A stretch of 48,416 nt of DNA from an uncultured Lachnospiraceae bacterium (GTDB lineage: Bacteria; Bacillota; Clostridia; Lachnospirales; Lachnospiraceae): the NCBI GenBank assembly GCA_902774525.1, contig CACYIR010000001.1:1-48416 (forward strand), written 5' to 3'. Positions 32,964 through 41,981 of this stretch are shown here, one piece after another. Position 1 is the first letter of the stretch. Each line of letters starts with the position of its first letter. The notes beneath the pieces were generated by a model. The model made no database searches and was not told the origin of the DNA. It saw only the letters and a program-made list of their open reading frames with translations. A program made the translations under genes and the position numbers.

Positions 32964-34199
32964 TCACACTCCGGACAATGCGGAACCTGCCGCATATCCC
33001 GTGGACCACGCTATCTGAAGGTTAAATCCTCCGGTAAAAGCGTCCACATCTATTATCTCACCTGCAAAATACACGTTTTTTACAAGCTTTGATTCCATAG
33101 TCTTAGGATCGATCTCATTAACCTTTATCCCGCCCTTGGTAACGACCGCTTCATTGAAGCCGCCCGCACCTGTTACATTCAGCTCAAAACCCTTTAGAAC
33201 GCTCACGATCTTTTTTCTTTCGGGAGCAGTTACGGAGTTAACCTTTTTCTCCCCGCTTATACTGCAGAGCCTTAAAAAAGGCATTATCATCGATGAAGGT
33301 ATAAGTGACCTCATGACATTTTTAATCTCTTTATTCGATGCGGCCGAAAATTCCTTAAGCAGCCTCTCTTCAAGTACTTCAGTTGTAAGCGACGGTTTCA
33401 GATCTATCAGAAGCTTTAGACCTTCACCTTCTGCCAGGTTCCTTGCAAAAAGTGCCGAAACCGTAAGTATCAGCGGACCGCTTACACCGTTATGCGTAAA
33501 CAGCATCTCACCCTGCTCGGAATACTTCTTCTTTCCGGCAAGATATGCGTCAAGCCTGATATTCTTAAGCGAAAGACCCTCCATCTCGCTTACAAACTTC
33601 TCTTCGGTCTTAAGGCCGACCAGTGAAGGCACGCACGGCACAACCGTATGCCCCATCTTCAGGGCAAAACCATATCCGTCCCCCGTAGAACCGGTAGACG
33701 GATAACTTAATCCTCCCGTAGCTATGATGCATGCGTCAGCTTCTATCTCTTTTCCGCCGGTGAGTCTTACCGAACGGAACTCTCCGTTTTCGGTTCCTAT
33801 ACCGGTCACTTCGGTATTGAGAAGTATGCTGACCCCTGCTTTTCGTAAAGCTTTCTCCAAAGTTTTGGTAACATCCGAGGCATGATCCGAAACAGGGAAA
33901 ACCCTGTTGCCTCTCTCCGTTTTTGTTTCAAGTCCGAGTTCATTGAACAGAGCCACCGTAGCATCAGGATCAAGTCTTGATACCGCTCCGTACAGAAATC
34001 TCGGATTGGACACAACATTTTTTAAAAAGGACTGCATATCACAGCTGTTTGCCAGATTGCATCTGCCTTTTCCTGTTATATATATCTTTTTCCCGAGTTT
34101 TTCATTTTTTTCCAGCAGGATCACCTCATTCGGTCCCGCCGCTGCGGCATATGCAGCCATAAGTCCTGCCGCACCGCCTCCTATAACAATGATCTTCAC
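32964..34199 (-). CDS. HI0933/BaiN-family NAD(P)/FAD-dependent oxidoreductase
   Basis: MKIIVIGGGAAGLMAA...GKGRCNL...ATGGLSYPSTGSTGDGY...YFAGEIIDVDAFTGGFNLQIAWSTG. Confidence 0.85.
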   Translation of the reverse strand: MKIIVIGGGAAGLMAAYAAAAGPNEVILLEKNEKLGKKIYITGKGRCNLANSCDMQSFLKNVVSNPRFLYGAVSRLDPDATVALFNELGLETKTERGNRVFPVSDHASDVTKTLEKALRKAGVSILLNTEVTGIGTENGEFRSVRLTGGKEIEADACIIATGGLSYPSTGSTGDGYGFALKMGHTVVPCVPSLVGLKTEEKFVSEMEGLSLKNIRLDAYLAGKKKYSEQGEMLFTHNGVSGPLILTVSALFARNLAEGEGLKLLIDLKPSLTTEVLEERLLKEFSAASNKEIKNVMRSLIPSSMIMPFLRLCSISGEKKVNSVTAPERKKIVSVLKGFELNVTGAGGFNEAVVTKGGIKVNEIDPKTMESKLVKNVYFAGEIIDVDAFTGGFNLQIAWSTGYAAGSALSGV

Positions 34200-34768
34200 T
34201 TCTTTAGATATACCTTTCCGCCGTCAAGCCGGATAGAATCCGTAGAATAAGCTTTTCCGGATATGGTGAATGTCACTCCTTCAACATCATCACAGTTGTC
34301 TATAATACTCATGGCATATGCATCAAGTATCAGTTTTTCGAGTTTCTGATCCTTTTTTGCCGTGCTTTTCATGTCGTCATCAAAGTCAATGATACATATA
34401 TTATCCTTGACCGAAATGGCATTTATGGCGACATTGATCTCCTCGTCCTCAAGTGCATCGGATACATATTCCGAGATCATCTCGGGAGTGACCGTAACCT
34501 CGCTCCCTATAGCGGTCTCGGCAGTATCAAGCTTTAAGCCGGATAGTTTTATCACGTAGTACCTGACACTTTTAAGTACACCACCGTTGTTGTTCCCCGT
34601 TGTAGGTACAACTATTATCCTCTGAGTGGGTACATTCCGGTTTTCTGTCCCGTTAGGATCAGTCAGGTCCTCTTCTTTTTCCTTTTCCGACAAAAGCACA
34701 TATATGCACAGGATGACAAGCAGGATTATCGCAACTATACATACTGCCAGTCTGATATCTTTCTTCAC
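34196..34768 (-). CDS. Membrane-anchored GerMN-like domain protein (tentative)
   Basis: GTG start at 34768, 5 nt after GGAGG. One TM (LAVCIVAIILLVILCIYVLL), then a ~130-aa domain resembling GerMN (...DNICIIDFDDDM...ILDAYAMSIIDNC.DVEGVTFTISG). Its stop overlaps the next gene's start by 4 nt. Confidence 0.45.
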   Translation of the reverse strand: MKKDIRLAVCIVAIILLVILCIYVLLSEKEKEEDLTDPNGTENRNVPTQRIIVVPTTGNNNGGVLKSVRYYVIKLSGLKLDTAETAIGSEVTVTPEMISEYVSDALEDEEINVAINAISVKDNICIIDFDDDMKSTAKKDQKLEKLILDAYAMSIIDNCDDVEGVTFTISGKAYSTDSIRLDGGKVYLKK

Positions 34769-34783
34769 CGTATCCTCCCAGTG

Positions 34784-35371
34784 TTACTTGTACGAGATTT
34801 CCAATGCCTTTCTGTTTCTTACGATATAATCGATAAGTGAGATAACTGTAAGTGCCGTTGCAAGGTACATAAGTACAACACCTGTTACAGCAAACCATTC
34901 CATTCCGTTGTCAAGGAATTCCGGCATGATGATATAGTCAAGACACATAAACAGCTGAACTACAGTCTTAACCTTACCCCATATTCCGGCAGCAATGATG
35001 ATACCCTTGTCAGCTGCAAGCTGTCTGATACCGCTTATTACAAATTCTCTTGACATAATGATGATGGCACACCATGTAGGAAAACTGTAGCTGCCGACAA
35101 CATCCGCACCTCTCAGTTTCACAAAGCAGATAAGAGTGATGCAGACAAGAAGCTTGTCAGCCAAAGGATCCATAAGCTTTCCGAAATCGGTTACCATATT
35201 GTTTTTTCTGGCAAGATATCCGTCTAAGAAATCCGACAGCGAAGCCACGGCAAAAATACAGAGCGCTATGATATCCGAGGCTGTCTCATTGGGGATCCTC
35301 AGCAGGAAAAACACAACAAAAACAGGTATCAGAACCACTCTGAACAAAGTGATCTTATTAGGTGCATTCAT
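34784..35371 (-). CDS. pgsA: CDP-diacylglycerol--glycerol-3-phosphate 3-phosphatidyltransferase
   Basis: CDP-alcohol phosphatidyltransferase motif DFLDGYLARKNNMVTDFGKLMDPLADK in a multi-TM protein of 195 aa. Confidence 0.9.
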   Translation of the reverse strand: MNAPNKITLFRVVLIPVFVVFFLLRIPNETASDIIALCIFAVASLSDFLDGYLARKNNMVTDFGKLMDPLADKLLVCITLICFVKLRGADVVGSYSFPTWCAIIIMSREFVISGIRQLAADKGIIIAAGIWGKVKTVVQLFMCLDYIIMPEFLDNGMEWFAVTGVVLMYLATALTVISLIDYIVRNRKALEISYK

Positions 35372-36715
35372 TTATATAACCTCCTCAGCTGTAAGATCAT
35401 ATCCTGCAGCTCCATTAATTTTTACATCCGTTACAGTCCCTAAGACTATGTCCCTATCCGAGCTTACAAAGCAGCATCCGTCCACGTCGGGAGCATCCCT
35501 GTAAGTCCTCGCCACATATACTTTTTCTTCGGGAAGATATCCTTCAGCCACAGCCTTTAAAACCTTTCCGTACAGTTTTTCGTTTTCCTCAAAAACTATC
35601 TCCTGCTGGGCAAGCATAAGTTCCTTACGTCTTTTTTCTTTTATCTTTTTAAGTACTACAGGCTTAAAACGTGCAGCCGGAGTATTTTCTTCTTTTGAAT
35701 ATGTAAAAACACCCACTCTGTCAAGCCTGTACTCTTTTATGAACTCAAGAAGCTCTGTATGGTCTTCCTCGGTCTCTCCCGGGAAACCGGTTATAAGGGA
35801 AGTCCTGATCGCTATACCGGGGATCTCTCTTCTGAGTTTAACTATCAGTTTTCTGATATCATCTCCCGTAGTCTTTCTTCCCATCCTTTTAAGGATGCTG
35901 TCCGAAATATGCTGTATCGGCATATCTATGTACTTGCATACCTTATCGATATCTCTTATGGCATTTATCAGCTCGTCGTCTATCTCTTCGGGATAGCAGT
36001 ACATGAGTCTTATCCACTCTAAACCTTCTATATCGTTTAATGCATATAAAAGCTCGGAAAGTCTTTTCCTTCCGTACAGGTCGGTACCGTATACTGTAGT
36101 CTCCTGAGCTATAAGGATCAGCTCATTCTTGCCCTTTTCCACTGCATCGCGGGCTTCCGATATGATGTCCTCGAAAGGAAAGCTGCGGTATTCTCCCTTG
36201 ATAGAAGGGATTACGCAGTATGTACAGTGTTTGCTGCAGCCCTCACCTATCTTTATATATGCATAGTTTTTCAGATTATTATGCAGTCTCTTTTTCCCGA
36301 GATCCGGATCCCTGTTTATATCCTTTATGATGCTCTTGCTTTCAAGTCCTTTCCCTGAAAGCTTCTTTAAACACGAATCAAGCTCATCAGCTGCCGATGA
36401 CGAAAGGATCGCATCCACCTCGGGAAGATACTCGCTTATCTCATCGTGATATCTTGTGGCAAGGCAGCCTGTAACTATCAGATATTTCAGCCTTCCGGTC
36501 TTTTTATAACCGGCTGTTTCGATGATCGTATCAATGCTCTCCTGCTTTGCGTCATGGATAAAACAGCAGGTATTTATGATCACCGCTTCGGCATCTGCTA
36601 TTATATCTGTAACTTCATATCCGCTGTCATTCATCATGGCAAGCATCTTCTCGCTGTCAACCAGGTTCTTGTCACAGCCAAGGGAAATAAAACTAATCTT
36701 CATCTTCTTCATCAT
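35372..36715 (-). CDS. rimO: Ribosomal protein S12 methylthiotransferase RimO
   Basis: MKISFISLGCDKNLVDSE..., radical-SAM CSKHCTYC motif and a C-terminal TRAM domain. The start is ambiguous: TTG 36718, ATG 36715/36712/36703, none with a clear SD. All candidates overlap the end of the upstream gene. Confidence 0.88.
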   Translation of the reverse strand: MMKKMKISFISLGCDKNLVDSEKMLAMMNDSGYEVTDIIADAEAVIINTCCFIHDAKQESIDTIIETAGYKKTGRLKYLIVTGCLATRYHDEISEYLPEVDAILSSSAADELDSCLKKLSGKGLESKSIIKDINRDPDLGKKRLHNNLKNYAYIKIGEGCSKHCTYCVIPSIKGEYRSFPFEDIISEARDAVEKGKNELILIAQETTVYGTDLYGRKRLSELLYALNDIEGLEWIRLMYCYPEEIDDELINAIRDIDKVCKYIDMPIQHISDSILKRMGRKTTGDDIRKLIVKLRREIPGIAIRTSLITGFPGETEEDHTELLEFIKEYRLDRVGVFTYSKEENTPAARFKPVVLKKIKEKRRKELMLAQQEIVFEENEKLYGKVLKAVAEGYLPEEKVYVARTYRDAPDVDGCCFVSSDRDIVLGTVTDVKINGAAGYDLTAEEVI

Positions 36716-37295
36716 CAAATTCTATATCATCATAATCGTCATAATCTTCATCATAATCTTCGTCTTCATCATAATACAGATCACTCAGATCGATGCTTCC
36801 CTCAAGATAATCCCAGTCGGAAAGATCCTCGGTAAATATGATAACGGATTCATCAAGCGCTGTGTTCTCAGTGCTTCCGAAAAGACCGGTGGTCGCCGTA
36901 GTCTTAAGGCTTACCGTTCCTTCTTCAACATAGAATTCCATATCTACCTTTCCGTCGAATCTGCCCTCAAAATATCCGTCAAAGCAGAACATTTCCTCAG
37001 AACCTTCAAATGTGATATAGATACCGAGATCTCCGCCGTCCTCATCAAATTCCACCGGCTTAAACGAACCGGATACGGACTTGCCTGCGTTTAAAGCTCC
37101 GTTATACATATCTGCATATTCAAATTCTTCCTCCGCTGCCTCAAATACGACACGGAGTGATGTGATGTTCTTATCCGTATTGTTCTTTATCGAATATCTG
37201 CAGCCCGAAAAGCCTTCGATCGCAACCAGTATGATGACTGCGAGCAGTAAAACTGCCACTGCGGATATAATTATTATTTTTGTTTTCTTACTCAT
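36693..37295 (-). CDS. Hypothetical single-TM protein with an extremely acidic C-terminal tail
   Basis: The ATG at 37295 follows GAGGGGA. MSKKTKIIIISAVAVLLLAVIILVAI..., ending in DLYYDEDEDYDEDYDDYDDIEFDDEEDED. I recognise no family. Confidence 0.6.
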   Translation of the reverse strand: MSKKTKIIIISAVAVLLLAVIILVAIEGFSGCRYSIKNNTDKNITSLRVVFEAAEEEFEYADMYNGALNAGKSVSGSFKPVEFDEDGGDLGIYITFEGSEEMFCFDGYFEGRFDGKVDMEFYVEEGTVSLKTTATTGLFGSTENTALDESVIIFTEDLSDWDYLEGSIDLSDLYYDEDEDYDEDYDDYDDIEFDDEEDED

Positions 37296-37346
37296 TTAGT
37301 TTAAGTCCCCTCTTGATACCTGTATTTTCTTTCAAATATAATACCC

Positions 37347-37685
37347 TTATTTCGCCTTATTTTCAAGTTCTTTTTGGCCGGCATGAACTTCCAGGTCGGA
37401 ATTCATGGTACTTTTAACCATATTACTCAACAGATGACCTGAAACAGGTGATGTAAGCCAGAAAAGCACCAGTACTCCCAAAAGCTTAAGCGAAGTAAAA
37501 GTAAATCCGCCGATGCAGATAAGTCCCAGTATCATAAACAACAGACCGCAGGTATCTCCCAGTGCAGCCGCATGCATCCTGTTCATAACAAACTTCATTC
37601 TGAAGACTCCAATGACGGAAAGCAGTATAAATATCATTCCGACCGAAAGGAGAACTATTGCCAGTATTATCCTGAATGTACTCAT
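37347..37685 (-). CDS. mrpG: Mrp/Mnh-type cation:proton antiporter subunit G
   Basis: GVFRMKFVMNRMHAAALGDTCG...LTSPVSGHLL matches the MnhG pattern (R.HA....TlG...t.Pv..H). 112 aa, 3 TMs. Confidence 0.8.
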   Translation of the reverse strand: MSTFRIILAIVLLSVGMIFILLSVIGVFRMKFVMNRMHAAALGDTCGLLFMILGLICIGGFTFTSLKLLGVLVLFWLTSPVSGHLLSNMVKSTMNSDLEVHAGQKELENKAK

Positions 37686-37697
37686 AAAAAAATCCCT

Positions 37698-38045
37698 TTA
37701 TCTGTCTTTCGCACCATCATTTAAATGCGCTTCTTCATTTTCCGCTTCATCACCGAACATTTCGGCATGCTTTTTTCTGTATATACCGATATATATTTTC
37801 GTAAGTACGACAACGCCTAAGAAACTGAGCAGTGCATATACCGCAGCCACATCGGCAAGCCATGCTTCCCCGAGCAGAATGGTAAGTACCGCTATTATTA
37901 TGATCATCTGCGTACCTATCATATTTATAGCCAGTATCCTGTCCGGTATGGTCGGTCCCATCACCGCACGTACAAAACAGATAATGCTTATGCAGGCACA
38001 AAATATGATCACAGCCTTTAAAAATATTTCCAAATATCCGTCCAT
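37698..38045 (-). CDS. mrpF: Mrp/Mnh-type cation:proton antiporter subunit F
   Basis: RAVMGPTIPDRILAINMIGT...ADVAAVYALLSFLG matches the MnhF pattern (GPT..DR..A.D....DVAlvYAll.F). Confidence 0.8.
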   Translation of the reverse strand: MDGYLEIFLKAVIIFCACISIICFVRAVMGPTIPDRILAINMIGTQMIIIIAVLTILLGEAWLADVAAVYALLSFLGVVVLTKIYIGIYRKKHAEMFGDEAENEEAHLNDGAKDR

Positions 38046-38073
38046 AAAACAATCCTTTATTAGGTTAAGCCGG

Positions 38074-38532
38074 TCACTGCTCTATTTTTTTTAGTATTTT
38101 TACAAAAGAGGATGATTCTATACCCTCACACAGCGATACATCAAGACAGTGTACCTTGAATTTTCCGTTTCTCATGGAAACGGAGATTGTCCCGGGAGTA
38201 AGTGTTATGGAATTAGCCAGTATTGATGATGCATATTCCGTCTTTAACGGTGAATCAAAGCATACTATCACGGGTTTTATCTTTTTATTTCCCTTTATGA
38301 TAAATGCGGCGGTAATGATATTGGCCTTCACTATCTCAAATACAAGCACCGGAATATAAAGCAATATGAAAGGCAGCTTTTTATACAGCTTCAGTTCCGC
38401 CTTAATACTGTATTCGGTAAGGATCGACATAAAAGCGCATACAGCGGCACTCAATACTATACCGAACAGCATTATCTCCAATGTAACTGCCCCGTTGAAA
38501 ATGATCCACGCGGCAAGAACTATAAAAAACAT
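38074..38532 (-). CDS. mrpE: Mrp/Mnh-type cation:proton antiporter subunit E
   Basis: The ORF-track start is TTG at 38571. The ATG at 38532 lies 6 nt after AGGAGA. It contains the MnhE hallmark ANSITLTPGT and ends ...FKVHCLD. Confidence 0.8.
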   Translation of the reverse strand: MFFIVLAAWIIFNGAVTLEIMLFGIVLSAAVCAFMSILTEYSIKAELKLYKKLPFILLYIPVLVFEIVKANIITAAFIIKGNKKIKPVIVCFDSPLKTEYASSILANSITLTPGTISVSMRNGKFKVHCLDVSLCEGIESSSFVKILKKIEQ

Positions 38533-38559
38533 ATCCTGTCTCCTTAAAAACACAGACTC

Positions 38560-38605
38560 CGAAAATAACAAAGTACACCTGATTTGAATAAATCAAATCA
38601 GGTGT
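38560..38605 (-). terminator. Rho-independent terminator directly after ftsZ
   Basis: A 13-bp perfect stem, ACACCTGATTTGA (38575-38587) with TCAAATCAGGTGT (38593-38605), and a 5-nt loop. On the minus strand it is followed by ACTTTGTTATTTT. Confidence 0.7.
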
Positions 38606-38610
38606 CCGAA

Positions 38611-39876
38611 TCAGTTATTATTCTGTCTGGAGATCCACTCAGGTATCAATATTGAACTTCCATCCGCTACGTTACGGTTTGCGTTACCGTTTGTCTTCGG
38701 GCTCCTGTACTGTCCGCTCTGGTTTGCAGACGGTGCAGCAGGCTGCTTAACCGCTCCTGTCGCAGGTCTGCCGAATGCAGGCTGCTTAGGCTGTGCCTGA
38801 GGTGCTGCCTGGAAAGGACTTGTAGCGGCAGGCTTCTTAGCAGGCTGATTCATGTTAAGGAAACCAAGTCCCGGACGGTTAGCACTCTGTGCTCCCACAG
38901 AACCCTCGATAACCTGAAGGTCGGGACTGTTCTTAATACCTGTAGCAATGATCGTAACTGAACATGTATCAGGTTCGGAATCATCATAAGCCTCACCGAA
39001 GATAACGTTTGTATCAGGTCCGACAATCTCTTTAACATAATTGGATGCGTTAATGGTATCATCAAATACAAGGTCACCTGAGAAGTGGATGATGATATTG
39101 TCTGCACCCTCGATATTGGTCTCAAGAAGAGGAGATGCGATAGCCATCTGTACAGCCTGCATACAGCTGTCATCACCTGTAGCACGGCCGATACCGATAT
39201 GTGCAACGCCTTTATCTCTCATTACGGTACATACATCCTCGAAGTCAAGGTTGATATCGCCCATCCTGTTGATGATATCGGTGATACCCTGTACGCCCTG
39301 ACGGAGTACGCTGTCTGCCATCTTTAATACTTCGGGGAAACGAGCCTTCTTGTCGCAGATCTGACGAAGTTTCTCATTGGGGATGACTATCATGGTATCA
39401 ACATGTTCCTTAAGATTAGCGATACCGTCCATAGCCTGCTCCATACGGACATCACCCTCATGATCAAAGGGCTTTGATACTACTGCAACGGTAAGGATAC
39501 CCATTTCTTTTGCAATCTGTGCTATGACAGGTGCTGCACCTGTACCTGTTCCTCCGCCCATACCACAGGTTACAAACACCATTTCTGCTTCCTTGATTGC
39601 TTCTGTAAGTATCTCTTTGCTTTCCTCTGCGGAATTTCTTCCTACCTCAGGGTTTCCTCCTGCACCGCGACCCTTTGTAAGTTTTTCACCTATCTGAATG
39701 CAGTTGGGCGCCTTGCATTTCCTGAGCTGCTGACTATCTGTATTAACGCAGATATACTCTACACCCTGTATGCCGTCCTCTATCATTCTGTTGACTACGT
39801 TGTTGCCGGCACCGCCGACACCTACTACAATAATTTTTGCACCATAGTTGCTCTCTTCGTTAGTAATCTCGACCAA
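38611..39876 (-). CDS. ftsZ: Cell division protein FtsZ
   Basis: [17 protein letters not shown]...[18 protein letters not shown]-rich C-terminal linker and a terminal ILIPEWISR peptide. Apparent TTG start at 39876, 8 nt after GGAGGG. Confidence 0.93.
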   Translation of the reverse strand: MVEITNEESNYGAKIIVVGVGGAGNNVVNRMIEDGIQGVEYICVNTDSQQLRKCKAPNCIQIGEKLTKGRGAGGNPEVGRNSAEESKEILTEAIKEAEMVFVTCGMGGGTGTGAAPVIAQIAKEMGILTVAVVSKPFDHEGDVRMEQAMDGIANLKEHVDTMIVIPNEKLRQICDKKARFPEVLKMADSVLRQGVQGITDIINRMGDINLDFEDVCTVMRDKGVAHIGIGRATGDDSCMQAVQMAIASPLLETNIEGADNIIIHFSGDLVFDDTINASNYVKEIVGPDTNVIFGEAYDDSEPDTCSVTIIATGIKNSPDLQVIEGSVGAQSANRPGLGFLNMNQPAKKPAATSPFQAAPQAQPKQPAFGRPATGAVKQPAAPSANQSGQYRSPKTNGNANRNVADGSSILIPEWISRQNNN

Positions 39877-39944
39877 GGTCTTGCCCTCCTCTGTACGACT
39901 GTTGATATCTGATTTCCCTTATAAAAAGAAACCACACACAATAT

Positions 39945-39973
39945 ATAATACATTTATTGTAGAAAATAATCAA
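39945..39973 (-). promoter_or_regulatory. Putative sigma-A promoter proximal to ftsZ
   Basis: On the minus strand: TTGATT (39968-39973), 17-nt spacer, TATTAT (39945-39950), within the 120-nt ftsQ-ftsZ gap. Confidence 0.5.
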
Positions 39974-39996
39974 GTATAATCTTAAAAAATTTACAA

Positions 39997-40725
39997 TTAT
40001 TCTACATTATTTATCTTTTTACCGGTTATTTCACCTGATTCAGGTGTGTAATTTCTAAGATCATAGATATAAGCAACTCCTCCGGAAGCATCCAAAACCT
40101 TCTTCAAGGCACTTATCTGGTAATCATGAACTTTCTCTCCTCCAAGCAGTGCCTCGGAATTTCCTATATACAGTTTTACATTCCTTCTGATGTCAAAATC
40201 GATCCTCTGGCACTCTATGCCGTTTTTCTGCAGCTGCAGTGTCAGTTCCTGTATCTTTTCAAAAAACACATCATCTTCTATCTCAAGCTTCTGTCCGAGC
40301 ACAACCTTGGTAAAAGGAAGTCCCGTGATGACCGGTACTCCTTTATCGGGTTTTTCCGTGCTCTCGACGATTATCCCTTCCCTGTCGAAATGCATATATC
40401 TTCCCATATGCTCGACACAGCCTGTTATTATCTTATCATATACCTGGACATGGATAGTATTTCTGTCCACTATCTCAAAATCCATTTTCTCTACAAAAGG
40501 GATAGGATCGGGCGATGAGAACACATTGTATTTCAGATAAAAAACATGGGTATACCTGTCCACATCACTTTTTATCAGCATCTCTTCTATCTCTTCGGGA
40601 CTGTAGTGGCTGCTTCCCTCAATTATAAGGCTTGTCAGCTTGAAGTTTTCAAAATACCATATAACACCGGCTATGATCAGGCACAATACTGCAATTTTGA
40701 TAACGGTACTTCTTTTTATCCTCAT
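39997..40725 (-). CDS. ftsQ: Cell division protein FtsQ/DivIB (TM plus POTRA)
   Basis: N-terminal TM (VIKIAVLCLIIAGVIWYF), followed by F.L..I.IEG...Y (POTRA-like). It occupies the position between ftsW and ftsZ. Confidence 0.75.
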   Translation of the reverse strand: MRIKRSTVIKIAVLCLIIAGVIWYFENFKLTSLIIEGSSHYSPEEIEEMLIKSDVDRYTHVFYLKYNVFSSPDPIPFVEKMDFEIVDRNTIHVQVYDKIITGCVEHMGRYMHFDREGIIVESTEKPDKGVPVITGLPFTKVVLGQKLEIEDDVFFEKIQELTLQLQKNGIECQRIDFDIRRNVKLYIGNSEALLGGEKVHDYQISALKKVLDASGGVAYIYDLRNYTPESGEITGKKINNVE

Positions 40726-40782
40726 TGTGCCCTCCTCCCTGTAAACTGACAGCCATTAGCGCTGTTTAAAGGTTATCCGGGG

Positions 40783-41979
40783 TTATTCCTCAAATTCCTC
40801 TTCCCCTTCATCCTCTTCTTCTATTACATCCTTAGTACGTTTTGATACATTTAAAACAATACCGATCTCCGCCAGCATGATGAGCAGAGAGCTTCCTCCG
40901 TAGCTTACAAACGGAAGCGGAACACCCGTTGCCGGTATGCTGTTGGTTACAACGGCTATATTCATTATGATCTGGACCGACAGCTGTGCAAGTACACCTG
41001 TGGCTATAAGTGCTCCGTATATATCAGGCGCATTAAGTGCTATCTTGAATATCCTCCACAAAAGCAGAAGGAAAAGTCCTATAAGTGCTATGCCGCCTAT
41101 AATACCGAGTTCCTCGCATATGATGGTAAATATCATATCCGTATGTACTTCGGGGATATTTCCAAGCTTCTGTACGCTGTTTCCGAGTCCTTTTCCGAAA
41201 AGTCCGCCCGAAGCTATAGCGTAAAGTCCCTGCAGTATCTGATCTCCGGGGTCCATGCTCTCCGGATACAGGAAATGCATGATACGTTCCGATCTGTATG
41301 CCTTAAGCCAGATAAACAGAGCCACGGCTCCTACAAGTATAAGGAAAACGACCAGGATATATTTTTTATCCATGGAAACACAGAATATGATCACCGTTAC
41401 AATACCTGCTAGTATGATAGCAGATGAAAGGTTCTGATACGCTACTATTCCCAGTATCGGAATAAAGAAAGTAAACAGGAGAAAAAAACCACCCAGATTC
41501 TTAAAGAAATTTCCCGTATTTACAAATCTTTTCTTTTTGCCTGCAAGCAATGCCGCAAGGAGAACAAAGCATACCTTTGATACCTCTGACGGCTGGAAGT
41601 TCATACCGCCGCCAAGCTCTATCCAGCGCTTTGATCCGCCTGACTGATGTCCTTTGAACAATGCATATATATGCAGAGCCAGACACAAAAAGTATAATAT
41701 TACTATAGGTCTTATCTTTATAAATTTGATCTTTTTAAGATATATCCTGTAATCTATCAGTGAAACGAGGATCATGACAGCAGCTCCCACTACTATGAAG
41801 AGCCCCTGTCTCTTAAAATACAGTTTCGAATCCCCATAGTAATACTCTGCCCTGTAGGAACTCGCGCTGTATATCATTATAAGTCCGAATACGCATATGA
41901 ACAAAACCAGTATGGCTAGTATTGCGTCATAATGGCTCAGGACTTTTTTTAACCTGTTTCTCTGAAGATTTTTATCCAC
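40783..41979 (-). CDS. ftsW: FtsW/RodA/SpoVE-family peptidoglycan glycosyltransferase
   Basis: Ten-TM SEDS pattern: NFQPSEVSKV...PEVHTDMIFTIICEELG...LPFVSYGGSSLL. Confidence 0.88.
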   Translation of the reverse strand: MDKNLQRNRLKKVLSHYDAILAILVLFICVFGLIMIYSASSYRAEYYYGDSKLYFKRQGLFIVVGAAVMILVSLIDYRIYLKKIKFIKIRPIVILYFLCLALHIYALFKGHQSGGSKRWIELGGGMNFQPSEVSKVCFVLLAALLAGKKKRFVNTGNFFKNLGGFFLLFTFFIPILGIVAYQNLSSAIILAGIVTVIIFCVSMDKKYILVVFLILVGAVALFIWLKAYRSERIMHFLYPESMDPGDQILQGLYAIASGGLFGKGLGNSVQKLGNIPEVHTDMIFTIICEELGIIGGIALIGLFLLLLWRIFKIALNAPDIYGALIATGVLAQLSVQIIMNIAVVTNSIPATGVPLPFVSYGGSSLLIMLAEIGIVLNVSKRTKDVIEEEDEGEEEFEE

Positions 41980-41981
41980 GT

